From NCBI GenBank assembly GCA_963693095.2, contig OY843768.1:1056001-1120000 (forward strand): a stretch of DNA of 64,000 nucleotides. The letters run 5' to 3'. Every line of letters begins with the position of its first letter. Within the stretch, counting starts at the first letter, position 1. The stretch is from Cenarchaeum sp. (GTDB lineage Archaea > Thermoproteota > Nitrososphaeria > Nitrososphaerales > Nitrosopumilaceae). Shown in pieces: positions 47,292 to 55,431 of the stretch. The position numbers were made by a program, and so were the translations under genes. The notes under the pieces are model-generated. The model was not told the origin of the DNA, ran no database searches, and worked only from the letters and a program-made list of their open reading frames with translations.

Positions 47292-48598
47292 AGACAGGCC
47301 TTCGCGCGGCGATAAAAAAGGTCGTCTCGGCCGGCGGAGTCGACGCCGAGCTCATAAAGGACCTCTCGCGCGACGTTCAGAGGGCCCTCCTCCAGGCCGA
47401 CGTTGACGTAAAGATCGTCATCGCCGTGACAAAGCGCATAGAGGAGAGGGCGACGAACGAAAAGCCCCCGCCGGGCCTTCCGCGAAAGGACCACATCATC
47501 AAGATACTCTATGACGAGGTCGCCGCGATGCTCGGGCGCGACTCAGAGTTTGAGTTCAAGGCCGGCACGCAGACGAGGATACTCATGCTCGGCATACAGG
47601 GGAGCGGCAAGACGACGACTGCCGCAAAGCTTGCGATGCACCTGACGAAAAACGGCTACAAGGTCGCCGCAGTCGGCGCAGACACGCACAGGCCGGGCGC
47701 ACTAGAGCAGCTACGCGACATGTGCTCCAGGGCACACGTTGACGTGTACGGCGAGGAGGGAAACGCCGATGCGACAGCCATTGTGTCAGCCGGACTAAAG
47801 CACCACGGTGATGCGCCAGACGTGATAATAATTGACACTGCGGGCAGGCACAAGGAGGAGGGCGCGCTCCTCGAGGAGATGAAGACGATGGCAAAGGCGG
47901 CAAGCCCAGACCTGGTCCTCCTTGTCGTGGACGGGACGATGGGCAGGCAGTGCGGCGCGCAGGCCGCCGCGTTCCACGCGGCAGCAAAGGTCGGCGGCAT
48001 TGCGATAACAAAGCTAGACAGCACGGCCAAGGGCGGCGGTGCGCTTGCTGCGGCAAGCGAGACTGGCGCGCGCGTCATGTATATCGGCACGGGCGAGCGC
48101 ATCGGCGACCTCGAGCGCTTTTCGTCCACGAGGTTTGTCGGCAGGCTGCTCGGCATGGGCGACGTGCAGGCGGTCCTCGACATGGCAAAGAAGCTCGAGG
48201 AGAACGCCAGCGGTGACAGCATAAAGAGGATGGCGCGCGGCAAGATGAACATGGATGACTTTTACTCGCAGCTTGAGGGAATGGCCAGCGGAGGATCGCT
48301 GCGCGGCATGATAGAGTCAATGCCCGGCTTTGCCGGAAGCGTAAAGGAGGGCCAGCTCGACAACATGGAGGAAAAGGTCGCGCGCTGGCGCCACATCATA
48401 CAGAGCATGACGCGCGCCGAAAAGGACGATCCCGACTCGATAAACTCGTCTCGCGCAAAGAGGATCGCGCGCGGGAGCGGCTCGACTGAGCACGACGTGA
48501 AGGACCTCCTGAAGAACTTCAAGAACTCAAAGGGCATGATGAAGGCCTCTGGCGGGCGCCAGATGCAGGGCTTTCTCAGAAAGATGGGCCTCGGCTAG
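47276..48598 (+). CDS. srp54: Signal recognition particle protein SRP54
   Basis: ALLQADV, GIQGSGKTT, DTAGR, TKLD, Met-rich M domain. Confidence 0.97.
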   Translation: MLDSLKTGLRAAIKKVVSAGGVDAELIKDLSRDVQRALLQADVDVKIVIAVTKRIEERATNEKPPPGLPRKDHIIKILYDEVAAMLGRDSEFEFKAGTQTRILMLGIQGSGKTTTAAKLAMHLTKNGYKVAAVGADTHRPGALEQLRDMCSRAHVDVYGEEGNADATAIVSAGLKHHGDAPDVIIIDTAGRHKEEGALLEEMKTMAKAASPDLVLLVVDGTMGRQCGAQAAAFHAAAKVGGIAITKLDSTAKGGGALAAASETGARVMYIGTGERIGDLERFSSTRFVGRLLGMGDVQAVLDMAKKLEENASGDSIKRMARGKMNMDDFYSQLEGMASGGSLRGMIESMPGFAGSVKEGQLDNMEEKVARWRHIIQSMTRAEKDDPDSINSSRAKRIARGSGSTEHDVKDLLKNFKNSKGMMKASGGRQMQGFLRKMGLG

Positions 48599-48619
48599 TC
48601 GTTCGGTCCGCGTATCGCG

Positions 48620-50149
48620 CTATGACAGGAGCAGGAGGAGCATGGACAGAGGCACTGCCGTATAGTCGCGCCGTATTTCATACGTGCCCTTTGTCGCCAC
48701 AATTCCGCGGCTCGCATCAGTCGCGTCAATAAAGCTCGACATGCCGCCGAGTAGGCGGCGGTCCACGTGCTCGACATACTTTGACTCTATGGGCACGGGC
48801 GTTGAGCGCGGTTCGCGGTATACAAAGTCGACCTCGCGTGCCGCATCATCACGCCAGTGAAACAAGCGATCAGAGACGGCGGACTGCATCATGTTGCTTG
48901 ACTTTGAGAGTGCCTTCCTGGCGAGGTGGTCGGCCAGGATGCACTCGGCCATGTGTCCCATGCTCGACGCGTCAGACACGTACTCGGTAGCCAACGTGTA
49001 ATAGTCACGGTCTGCTGACCACGCATTTAGCGCATGCAGAAAGAATGGGTCACGGACATGGATTTTTTTGAGTTTTTTATAGTGCATCCTATCATGGCGC
49101 TCGTCATACGTGTACGTGAGGAGTGCAACATACATGTCCCGCAAAGCCATTGCATAGCCCTCTGCAGTCGCACCATTTGGAATATCGAGTTTTTTGGCCA
49201 TCCCGTTCCACGATATTGTGCCCCCAATACCCCTGATAACAAATTCGGCATATCGTTTAAGACGATCTTGTTCGTAGTTCATTCTAGACCATTCAAACAT
49301 TATACTTTGTTGATATTCCTGATAAAAATTATCTTTAATTGACCCATGCTCCATTATCTGATTTGTGATTTTCGGAATGCCGCCAGATAGCACATACTGT
49401 CGCAAAGCAACATCGAATTCTCCGTACATCATGTATAGATTTTTCAGGATCTGATCCTCATGGCCTAAGACCAGTTTGTTCCATAGTGTAGATCGCACAT
49501 CCAGATTGCACATACCACTGTTATTCATGAATTTTCTTAATGGAGTACTTGTCACTGTAGCGTATTCCAAAAATCCCATCGGAAGCAATGATCGATAATT
49601 TCCTCCTGGAACCATTCCCTTTCTTCCAATAAGGCTTTCAGTTGCACGCGTTAGGTCGATGGCATTGGATCCTGTTACGACAAGTGCACAGTTGTCCAAA
49701 ACCCTCATGTTAGAGAGCTCCAATATGGCATATTGCCAGTCTTTTATCATGGAAATTTCGTCAATAAAGATGTACGAACGACTATCCTCATGCTGCAGGC
49801 GCGTTAGATCAAAGTAGTCAAGAATGATCTGCACAAGATCCTGCATCGCATGACGACCACCAATGGAGAAATAGCAAACACGCATTGGCATGACGTCCCT
49901 GGCAAGAAGATCGCGGATCAGGAGCTTTGCCAGGGTCGTCTTGCCAACCTGCCTAGAGCCCCTAACCGTGTACAGCACGGTCTTGTCCGCATCAAGGCCA
50001 TCGCGCATAGCCGCAAACAGTGCCGGAACGTATCGAGCCTTCGAGTCAGCCCATTGTGCGATATGGTAATCAAAACCGATTGCGCCCGGCTCATTCCACC
50101 ACGGGTTGAACGAGCGCAGAAATTGTTCGTGTTTAGCTGGCAAGGCCAT
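48620..50149 (-). CDS. AAA_14 ATPase with DUF4143 (wHTH plus PD-(D/E)XK-like) C-terminus
   Basis: NPWW, GSRQVGKT, IFIDEI, TGS, SGGIP, EVDF...IESK; markedly AT-rich core. Confidence 0.88.
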   Translation of the reverse strand: MALPAKHEQFLRSFNPWWNEPGAIGFDYHIAQWADSKARYVPALFAAMRDGLDADKTVLYTVRGSRQVGKTTLAKLLIRDLLARDVMPMRVCYFSIGGRHAMQDLVQIILDYFDLTRLQHEDSRSYIFIDEISMIKDWQYAILELSNMRVLDNCALVVTGSNAIDLTRATESLIGRKGMVPGGNYRSLLPMGFLEYATVTSTPLRKFMNNSGMCNLDVRSTLWNKLVLGHEDQILKNLYMMYGEFDVALRQYVLSGGIPKITNQIMEHGSIKDNFYQEYQQSIMFEWSRMNYEQDRLKRYAEFVIRGIGGTISWNGMAKKLDIPNGATAEGYAMALRDMYVALLTYTYDERHDRMHYKKLKKIHVRDPFFLHALNAWSADRDYYTLATEYVSDASSMGHMAECILADHLARKALSKSSNMMQSAVSDRLFHWRDDAAREVDFVYREPRSTPVPIESKYVEHVDRRLLGGMSSFIDATDASRGIVATKGTYEIRRDYTAVPLSMLLLLLS

Positions 50150-50189
50150 ATACCGACGGCGCAAAATTGCTTTATATATTAATGTCTGC

Positions 50190-50270
50190 CACATAACGAT
50201 TAAATATAAAATAAATGATTGATTAGCAATTTCAATAATCAGTTCTTTATAATATTCAATATATGATGAT
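50190..50270. other. Very AT-rich tract adjoining the repeat array
   Basis: ATTAAATATAAAATAAATGATT...TTTATAATATTCAATATAT in a GC-rich genome. Confidence 0.8.
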
Positions 50271-50491
50271 GATCATCTCTTTATAAAGTCAGTTCAAGCC
50301 CAATGATCATCTCTTTATAAAGTCGGTTCAAGCCCAATGATCATCTCTTTATAAAGTCGGTTCAAGCCCAATGATCATCTCTTTATAAAGTCGGTTCAAG
50401 CCCAATGATCATCTCTTTATAAAGTCGGTTCAAGCCCAATGATCATCTCTTTATAAAGTCGGTTCAAGCCCAATGATCATCTCTTTATAAA
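50271..50491. repeat. 34-bp tandem direct repeat, 6.5 copies
   Basis: GATCATCTCTTTATAAAGTCGGTTCAAGCCCAAT starting at 50271, 50305, 50339, 50373, 50407, 50441 and 50475 (partial); one substitution in copy 1. Confidence 0.97.
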
Positions 50492-50708
50492 ATCAAGTCC
50501 GCATATGCCCGAGTGTTGGTTGCTGCATGGCCGGAATCTACCCATCAGCACGGACAGGCCCAGTGACGTTCTGCCAGAATCTACAACACTCATCTAGCAA
50601 GAGAACGGTTAGAATATGCAGCACAAAGACTGGCGGTCACAGCCGTGCCAGTTGCCCCCTCACCCAAGAGGGTTAAAACGCTTAAAATGATCAGGCTCGC
50701 GCGAGGCG

Positions 50709-50861
50709 ATGATGTTTGTCTGGCTTGCTGTTGTGACTATACCGATTGCGCTTTTCATGATTGTGGCGTTGCCCCTAGTGGCACAGTTTGTCACCCCTGT
50801 GCCCAGCCCCGAGCCGGCAGCAGTCCCTGCGCCCAGCCCTGTGCACGCCTATACCCTTTAA
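50709..50861 (+). CDS. 50-aa single-TM microprotein (not in ORF track)
   Basis: Manual translation MMFVWLAVVTIPIALFMIVALPLVAQFVTPVPSPEPAAVPAPSPVHAYTL*; TTAAAA box ~25 nt upstream. Confidence 0.55.
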   Translation: MMFVWLAVVTIPIALFMIVALPLVAQFVTPVPSPEPAAVPAPSPVHAYTL

Positions 50862-50889
50862 ATCCCCGCCGCGCCCACTCTGCGCCCGC

Positions 50890-51753
50890 ATGGCATCAGG
50901 CATCAGGCGCCTCATATCCCGCAAGTCAGGACTCGTCGTGCCCGGCGTGTACGACGCGCTAGGGGCGCGCCTGGCCAGACTCGCCGGCTTTGAGGCAATG
51001 TTTCAGACCGGATACGGCACGTCCGCGTCCATGCTCGGAATGCCCGACTATGGATTTGCCGGCGCCGGCGAGACTGTCTCCAACGCGTCTCGCGTGTGCC
51101 GTGCCGCTGACGCGCCAGTCATTGTTGATGCCGACACTGGATACGGCAATGCGCTTAGCGTCTGGCGCCTCGTAAAGAGCCTCGAGGCAGCGGGTGCTGC
51201 CGGAATGTTCCTAGAGGACCAGCGCTGGCCAAAGAGGTGCGGCCACATGGCCGGCAAGGAGGTCACCGAGTATGCCGAGTATGCAGAAAAGCTCGGTGCC
51301 GCAATCGACGCGCGCTCCTCAAAGGACTTTGTCATCGTCGCGCGCACCGACGCTCGCGCCGCACTGGGACTGGACGAGGCCATCGAGCGCGGCCGCGCTA
51401 GTCGCAAGCTGGGAGCAGACGCCGTCTTTGTCGAGGCCCCGCAGAACAGATCAGAGATGCGCGCCATAGGGGCCGCCATCGGCGGCCCCCTCGTGGCCAA
51501 CATGATAGAGGGCGGCCGCACGCCGATACTGCCCTCGCGCAAGCTCCACTCTATGGGATTCAACATTGTCCTCTATCCGCTATCGACGCTCTTTGCCAGC
51601 GCGCACGCCACACTCGGCGCGCTGCGGGAGCTAAAGAAGACTGGAACGACGCGCAAGTCATCAAGGTCCATGGTGAACTTTGACTCGTTCAACGAGCTCG
51701 TCGACCTCTCGAGGTATCAGCGCATGGAGCGCCGCTACGCCAAGAGGCGCTAG
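50890..51753 (+). CDS. prpB: Isocitrate lyase/PEP mutase family enzyme (methylisocitrate lyase-like)
   Basis: PGVYDAL, DADTGYGN, EDQRWPKRCGH, ARTDA. Confidence 0.88.
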   Translation: MASGIRRLISRKSGLVVPGVYDALGARLARLAGFEAMFQTGYGTSASMLGMPDYGFAGAGETVSNASRVCRAADAPVIVDADTGYGNALSVWRLVKSLEAAGAAGMFLEDQRWPKRCGHMAGKEVTEYAEYAEKLGAAIDARSSKDFVIVARTDARAALGLDEAIERGRASRKLGADAVFVEAPQNRSEMRAIGAAIGGPLVANMIEGGRTPILPSRKLHSMGFNIVLYPLSTLFASAHATLGALRELKKTGTTRKSSRSMVNFDSFNELVDLSRYQRMERRYAKRR

Positions 51754-52190
51754 CTTCGGCTAACTGCGATCGTTATCGTGGAGACGTTGCGCTGCTTGCC
51801 GTCAGTCGACTCGAGGGACTCGGAGCCGAGCGTGACGCTGTCTATCGTGTATTCGGCATTGTCGCGCTTTCTCGATATGATCTGCGCCACGTCTACTGCC
51901 CTAGATATGCTCATTCCGCGCGCCTTTATCGTCACCGAGGGAACCTCGGCGAGCTGCAGCAGCGTGGATGTGACATATGCCATGAGCGGCTTTTTGCCGA
52001 TAAAGACGGTGTCCTTTGATTCAGGTCCCCTCGGCCCGCGCCGCTCGCCTGACCCGCGATCGGGTCGTGGCTGCTCGCTGCGTGGTGCCTCGGACTGGCC
52101 CTGTGCGGCCTGTGGAGCCTCTGTTGGCGGGCTCGGCGGTGCGCCTGTTGGCGCATCAGTCGCCGGCGCGTCTCCTGCGTATGCTGTCAT
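51750..52190 (-). CDS. albA: Alba DNA/RNA-binding protein with disordered N-terminal extension
   Basis: VFIGKKPLMAYV, IKARGMSISRAVDVA, RNVSTITI. Confidence 0.92.
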   Translation of the reverse strand: MTAYAGDAPATDAPTGAPPSPPTEAPQAAQGQSEAPRSEQPRPDRGSGERRGPRGPESKDTVFIGKKPLMAYVTSTLLQLAEVPSVTIKARGMSISRAVDVAQIISRKRDNAEYTIDSVTLGSESLESTDGKQRNVSTITIAVSRS

Positions 52191-52249
52191 TGCCACACGC
52201 GCCCAATCTCTATAATTTAAACCAAGATCGGGCACACAGCTCTGGATAG

Positions 52250-52326
52250 TGGTGGACCGGGTGGGATTTGAACCCACGATCTCACCCATGCCAAGGGCGT
52301 ATCCTACCAGTCTAGACGACCGGCCC
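52250..52326 (-). tRNA. tRNA-Ala(GGC)
   Basis: GGGCCGG...CCGGTCC-A-CCA with G3:U70; anticodon loop TTGGCAT. Confidence 0.96.
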
Positions 52327-52427
52327 ACGGGTCGGCAACGGCCGGCCGTGCGCGGCGCGCTGCGAGTTGTCTAATTAAGGTTTCATGCGTGGAGGCGCCG
52401 AGGGCACATGTCGGCCATGATGGGTCA

Positions 52428-52504
52428 TGGCGGGCCTGGTGGGATTCGAACCCACGACAACCGGATTAAAAGTCCGGTGCGCTACCTGGCTGCGCCACAG
52501 GCCC
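52428..52504 (-). tRNA. tRNA-Lys(UUU)
   Basis: GGGCCTG...CAGGCCC-G-CCA; CCGGA-CTTTTAA-TCCGG. Confidence 0.96.
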
Positions 52505-52552
52505 ACTGCAGAAGGCGGCGCGTGCCCTCTTAATTTAGCCTTTTTGAGACCC

Positions 52553-52647
52553 CAGTAGTTGATCATGTGCCTGACTGTGAGCCGAGGATAGCCCCACATG
52601 TCCGCAGGGTCGTTTTGTGCCCGTCACGAGCACATGACTAACTGCCA
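52553..52647. mobile_element. ISH3-derived MITE-like remnant (~95 bp)
   Basis: Left end CAGTAGTTGATCATGTGC matches the IS TIR; right end GCACATGACTAACTGCCA is a degenerate inverse. Confidence 0.6.
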
Positions 52648-52674
52648 AATGGGCCACACTTAAAGGAGGCACTG

Positions 52675-53202
52675 ATGCAAGGCGGCGTGATGAATGCGCA
52701 AGTCACACGCCACGAACTCGTGCTAGATGACAACAAAAGGACAGTAGAGTTCCTCCTAGAGGAGGCAGGAGACGATATGGAGAGGATAGCCGAGGTCAAG
52801 AAATGGGGGGAGAGGCGCACAAGGAGGATTGGCATGCTGCGCCGCTTTGTCGGCCTTGAAAAGAATGGCATCTTTGAGAGGCATGATGGAAAGATGAGTG
52901 GAATCATTGCAGAGTTTGCCACAACGCAGTGCCTTGCGATCGCCACAACGTATGGTCTCGACGGCATGGGATACACGTTCAACGACAGCGAGTCCGGCCC
53001 ACTTTGCGCCGATCTGGGCATTGACCTCCAGGCCGTAGAGCCTGCGCCAGCAGACTCGCCCACGGGGCTCTTTGGGAGCCCCAAGAGCGAGTCAGAGTTC
53101 CTGGAGAAGATCAGGGGCAAGGACATCTATGAGCTAGGCAGGATTGCCAGGCTGCTCGTCATCGACGAAGAAGATCGCATGATACCCCTGAATGCCGAAT
53201 AG
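52675..53202 (+). CDS. Hypothetical protein, weak YwgA/SocA (DUF4065)-like motif
   Basis: GMGYTFNDSESGPLCADLGIDL resembles the Y.F.....GP.s.dl signature. Confidence 0.55.
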   Translation: MQGGVMNAQVTRHELVLDDNKRTVEFLLEEAGDDMERIAEVKKWGERRTRRIGMLRRFVGLEKNGIFERHDGKMSGIIAEFATTQCLAIATTYGLDGMGYTFNDSESGPLCADLGIDLQAVEPAPADSPTGLFGSPKSESEFLEKIRGKDIYELGRIARLLVIDEEDRMIPLNAE

Positions 53203-53340
53203 ATCGCAGGGTCGATGATCGCAGCGTGATCTGCCATTGCGGGCATGTGTAAGCGCGCCGCAAATCTTTCTAAGCAGTGCGATCTCGTGGGTGTTGTGGC
53301 CAGAAACAGATCGCCAATCCCACTGCCCGGCACAATACGC

Positions 53341-53898
53341 ATGACGGTAACGGTGATCATAGTTCTTGCCGTATTGGTCGTGATTTTGGCAATGGGTGGG
53401 TACGCAGAACACACAATTTCCCTGATCCACGTATTTGGACTGCTGTCGTTTCCATTTGGAGTGTTTCTGTTTTTTCTGGCCCAGCTTATTTATGTGAAAA
53501 CACTGCGAATTCGAGAGTCAGTTCTGAGGGAGGAGGATCGCAGGAACAGCGCACAAGTAATATCCACAGTCAACCTGTGCAGCGTGATTGTGCAGGGTGT
53601 CCTGAATCGTGATGAGAAAGATCATGAAGTCCTCGGCACGCTTGCCGTGCGCCATGTGGCCGAGAGCATTGGCCTAGTAAGGGCACAGCATGGACACCTG
53701 CTCAGTGAATCAGGCAGATTTTTTGCAGAAAATATCCGAGACCTGGCATTGGCGGCTCTTGGCGAGGGCGGCTCGTGCAAAACGCCAACATTTTCCCGCC
53801 TGCGCCAGGCTCTTCGCAGCCTCGGCGGCGAGATAATGAGCATAGACAGCCCTGAACTAGTGGAGCGCCGAAGACGCGCGTCAGGAACAAAAGACTAG
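53341..53898 (+). CDS. Hypothetical protein with two N-terminal TM helices and a soluble C-terminus
   Basis: Two hydrophobic helices; lower GC at the 5' end; start may be further upstream (53245). Confidence 0.6.
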   Translation: MTVTVIIVLAVLVVILAMGGYAEHTISLIHVFGLLSFPFGVFLFFLAQLIYVKTLRIRESVLREEDRRNSAQVISTVNLCSVIVQGVLNRDEKDHEVLGTLAVRHVAESIGLVRAQHGHLLSESGRFFAENIRDLALAALGEGGSCKTPTFSRLRQALRSLGGEIMSIDSPELVERRRRASGTKD

Positions 53899-54094
53899 CC
53901 CCTGCACTAAAGCCACACGCCACCTCTGTCTCCGACCCTTGCAGATGACGCAGGGCTCCATCACCTTCAGGCACACATCATGTAAATCAGGCCGAGGCAT
54001 ATGCCCAGAAAGACCGTGCGAGCACCCCGGATTCCGGCCTCGCGCCCGCAATTACAGCTGAGCACATGCCTGACAGGATGGCCAGCCAGGGGGC

Positions 54095-54245
54095 TTTTGG
54101 GGATTTACGAGCCCGTCGCGCCTCAGGCCGGCCCCTTGCCGAAACAAGCGGGCTGCCCCGGGCCATCCCCCAATCGGCCTGTTTGCGTTTCAGGCGGATC
54201 CGAGGGGTCGTCTTGTGTACGCCCCGAGCACATGACCAACTAGTT
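54095..54245 (-). mobile_element. Degenerate ISH3 5'-end remnant
   Basis: Colinear similarity to 19945-20093 (GCGCCTCAGGC.GGCCCCTT, CAAGCGGGC, CCCCCAAT, CTGTTTGC.TTTC, ACATGACCAACTA). Confidence 0.75.
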
Positions 54246-54327
54246 CCATTACCCGCGCATGCGCGGGGCAGAACCGGGATACGGTTAAAGCGCGCCTGCT
54301 TGCGGCGCTGCAGCGCAGGTGGGCAGG

Positions 54328-54570
54328 ATGGCAGGCGCACAGGACAGGGGCAAGATCACAAAGGAGGACAAGGAGCGCGTCGCGCTCCTCAGGACCGTGG
54401 CCTCCGAGGGCATGGACGCCCTAGACGGCGGGCAGCTCGAGCGCCTGCAGGAGCTAGTCGAGAAAAAGGACTATACGCACAGCAAAAAGGGCCAAAAGTC
54501 AAAGCTGAGGCTGCTCGCAAAGATCAACGTGGCCATATACGAGCGTGCCGAGGGCAGGCAGGGCATATAG
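54328..54570 (+). CDS. Small conserved hypothetical protein
   Basis: Helical 80-aa ORF with normal codon usage; GGTTAAA box upstream. Confidence 0.7.
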   Translation: MAGAQDRGKITKEDKERVALLRTVASEGMDALDGGQLERLQELVEKKDYTHSKKGQKSKLRLLAKINVAIYERAEGRQGI

Positions 54571-54615
54571 GCCCACATTAGTGCGGGCTAACTTTCATTT
54601 ACTTTATTTGCCGCC

Positions 54616-55272
54616 ATGGTCACGCGGCACGCAATGAGTGCATGGGGACGCTTTTGGGGATGGTACGAGAGCAAGATACTCGGCAGCGTGATAATAATCG
54701 CGATAATACAGTTCATCCAGATACCGCATATGGTCTGGAACGCCGACCTCTACCTTGGCCTTGGAGTCGTCAGCAAGGTCCACCCAATAATCGACTGGCT
54801 CCTCTATGGCGTCGACCTGATCGAGATCGTCTCGATCATCAACGTCGGCATGATAATGTACAGCCTCATGAAAAAGAGGCGCGCCAGGGGCGACAAGGCT
54901 ATAACACCAGAGACTTCGGCGAACGCCGTGAAGCAGGTCATAGTCGTGCGAACCGACCTAGAGATGGGCAAGGGCAAGATCGCCGCGCAGGTGGGCCACG
55001 CGTGCGTCATGTGCGCGCTGCGCACAAAGTCGTCCAATCCGGACTGGTTCAAGGAATGGCAGTCATCGCAGGCAAAGGTAGTCCTGCGCGTCAACAGCCT
55101 GTCTGACCTCGAGGAGGTATGGCGCAGCGCCGCAGCCGAGAACCTCCCTTGGGACAAGGTGAGCGATGCGGGCCTCACGCAGCTAGAGCCGGGAACCGTC
55201 ACGTGCGTTGCGATAGGCCCGGCTCCCGATAACCTCATCGACAAGGTGACAGGCAAGCTCCACCTCCTCTAG
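54616..55272 (+). CDS. pth2: Membrane hypothetical domain in frame with peptidyl-tRNA hydrolase Pth2 (Pth2 domain from GTG 54928)
   Basis: KQVIVVRTDL.MGKGKIAAQVGHA, DAGLTQL.PGT.T...IGP; two N-terminal TM segments. Confidence 0.9.
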   Translation: MVTRHAMSAWGRFWGWYESKILGSVIIIAIIQFIQIPHMVWNADLYLGLGVVSKVHPIIDWLLYGVDLIEIVSIINVGMIMYSLMKKRRARGDKAITPETSANAVKQVIVVRTDLEMGKGKIAAQVGHACVMCALRTKSSNPDWFKEWQSSQAKVVLRVNSLSDLEEVWRSAAAENLPWDKVSDAGLTQLEPGTVTCVAIGPAPDNLIDKVTGKLHLL

Positions 55273-55431
55273 CGCACTAGCTCGCCAATTCCACCCCGCC
55301 TCATCGATTCCCGTCTAGGCATTGGCCCGCATGGGTCGATGGCCGCATAGACCACACCCCACTAGAGATATAACGAGGATCCTTGGCCGATGCGGCGTGA
55401 ATGGGCGCGCGTCAGCACGGGTGCGGCACGA

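Noticed and set aside
50271-50491. CRISPR array
   Set aside because: The units abut and are identical, with no unique spacers, and no cas genes occur in the window
50190-50491. Chromosomal oriC
   Set aside because: No archaeal ORB consensus (TTCCA.TGGAAA plus G-string) and no orc1/cdc6 gene nearby; kept only as an origin-like hypothesis
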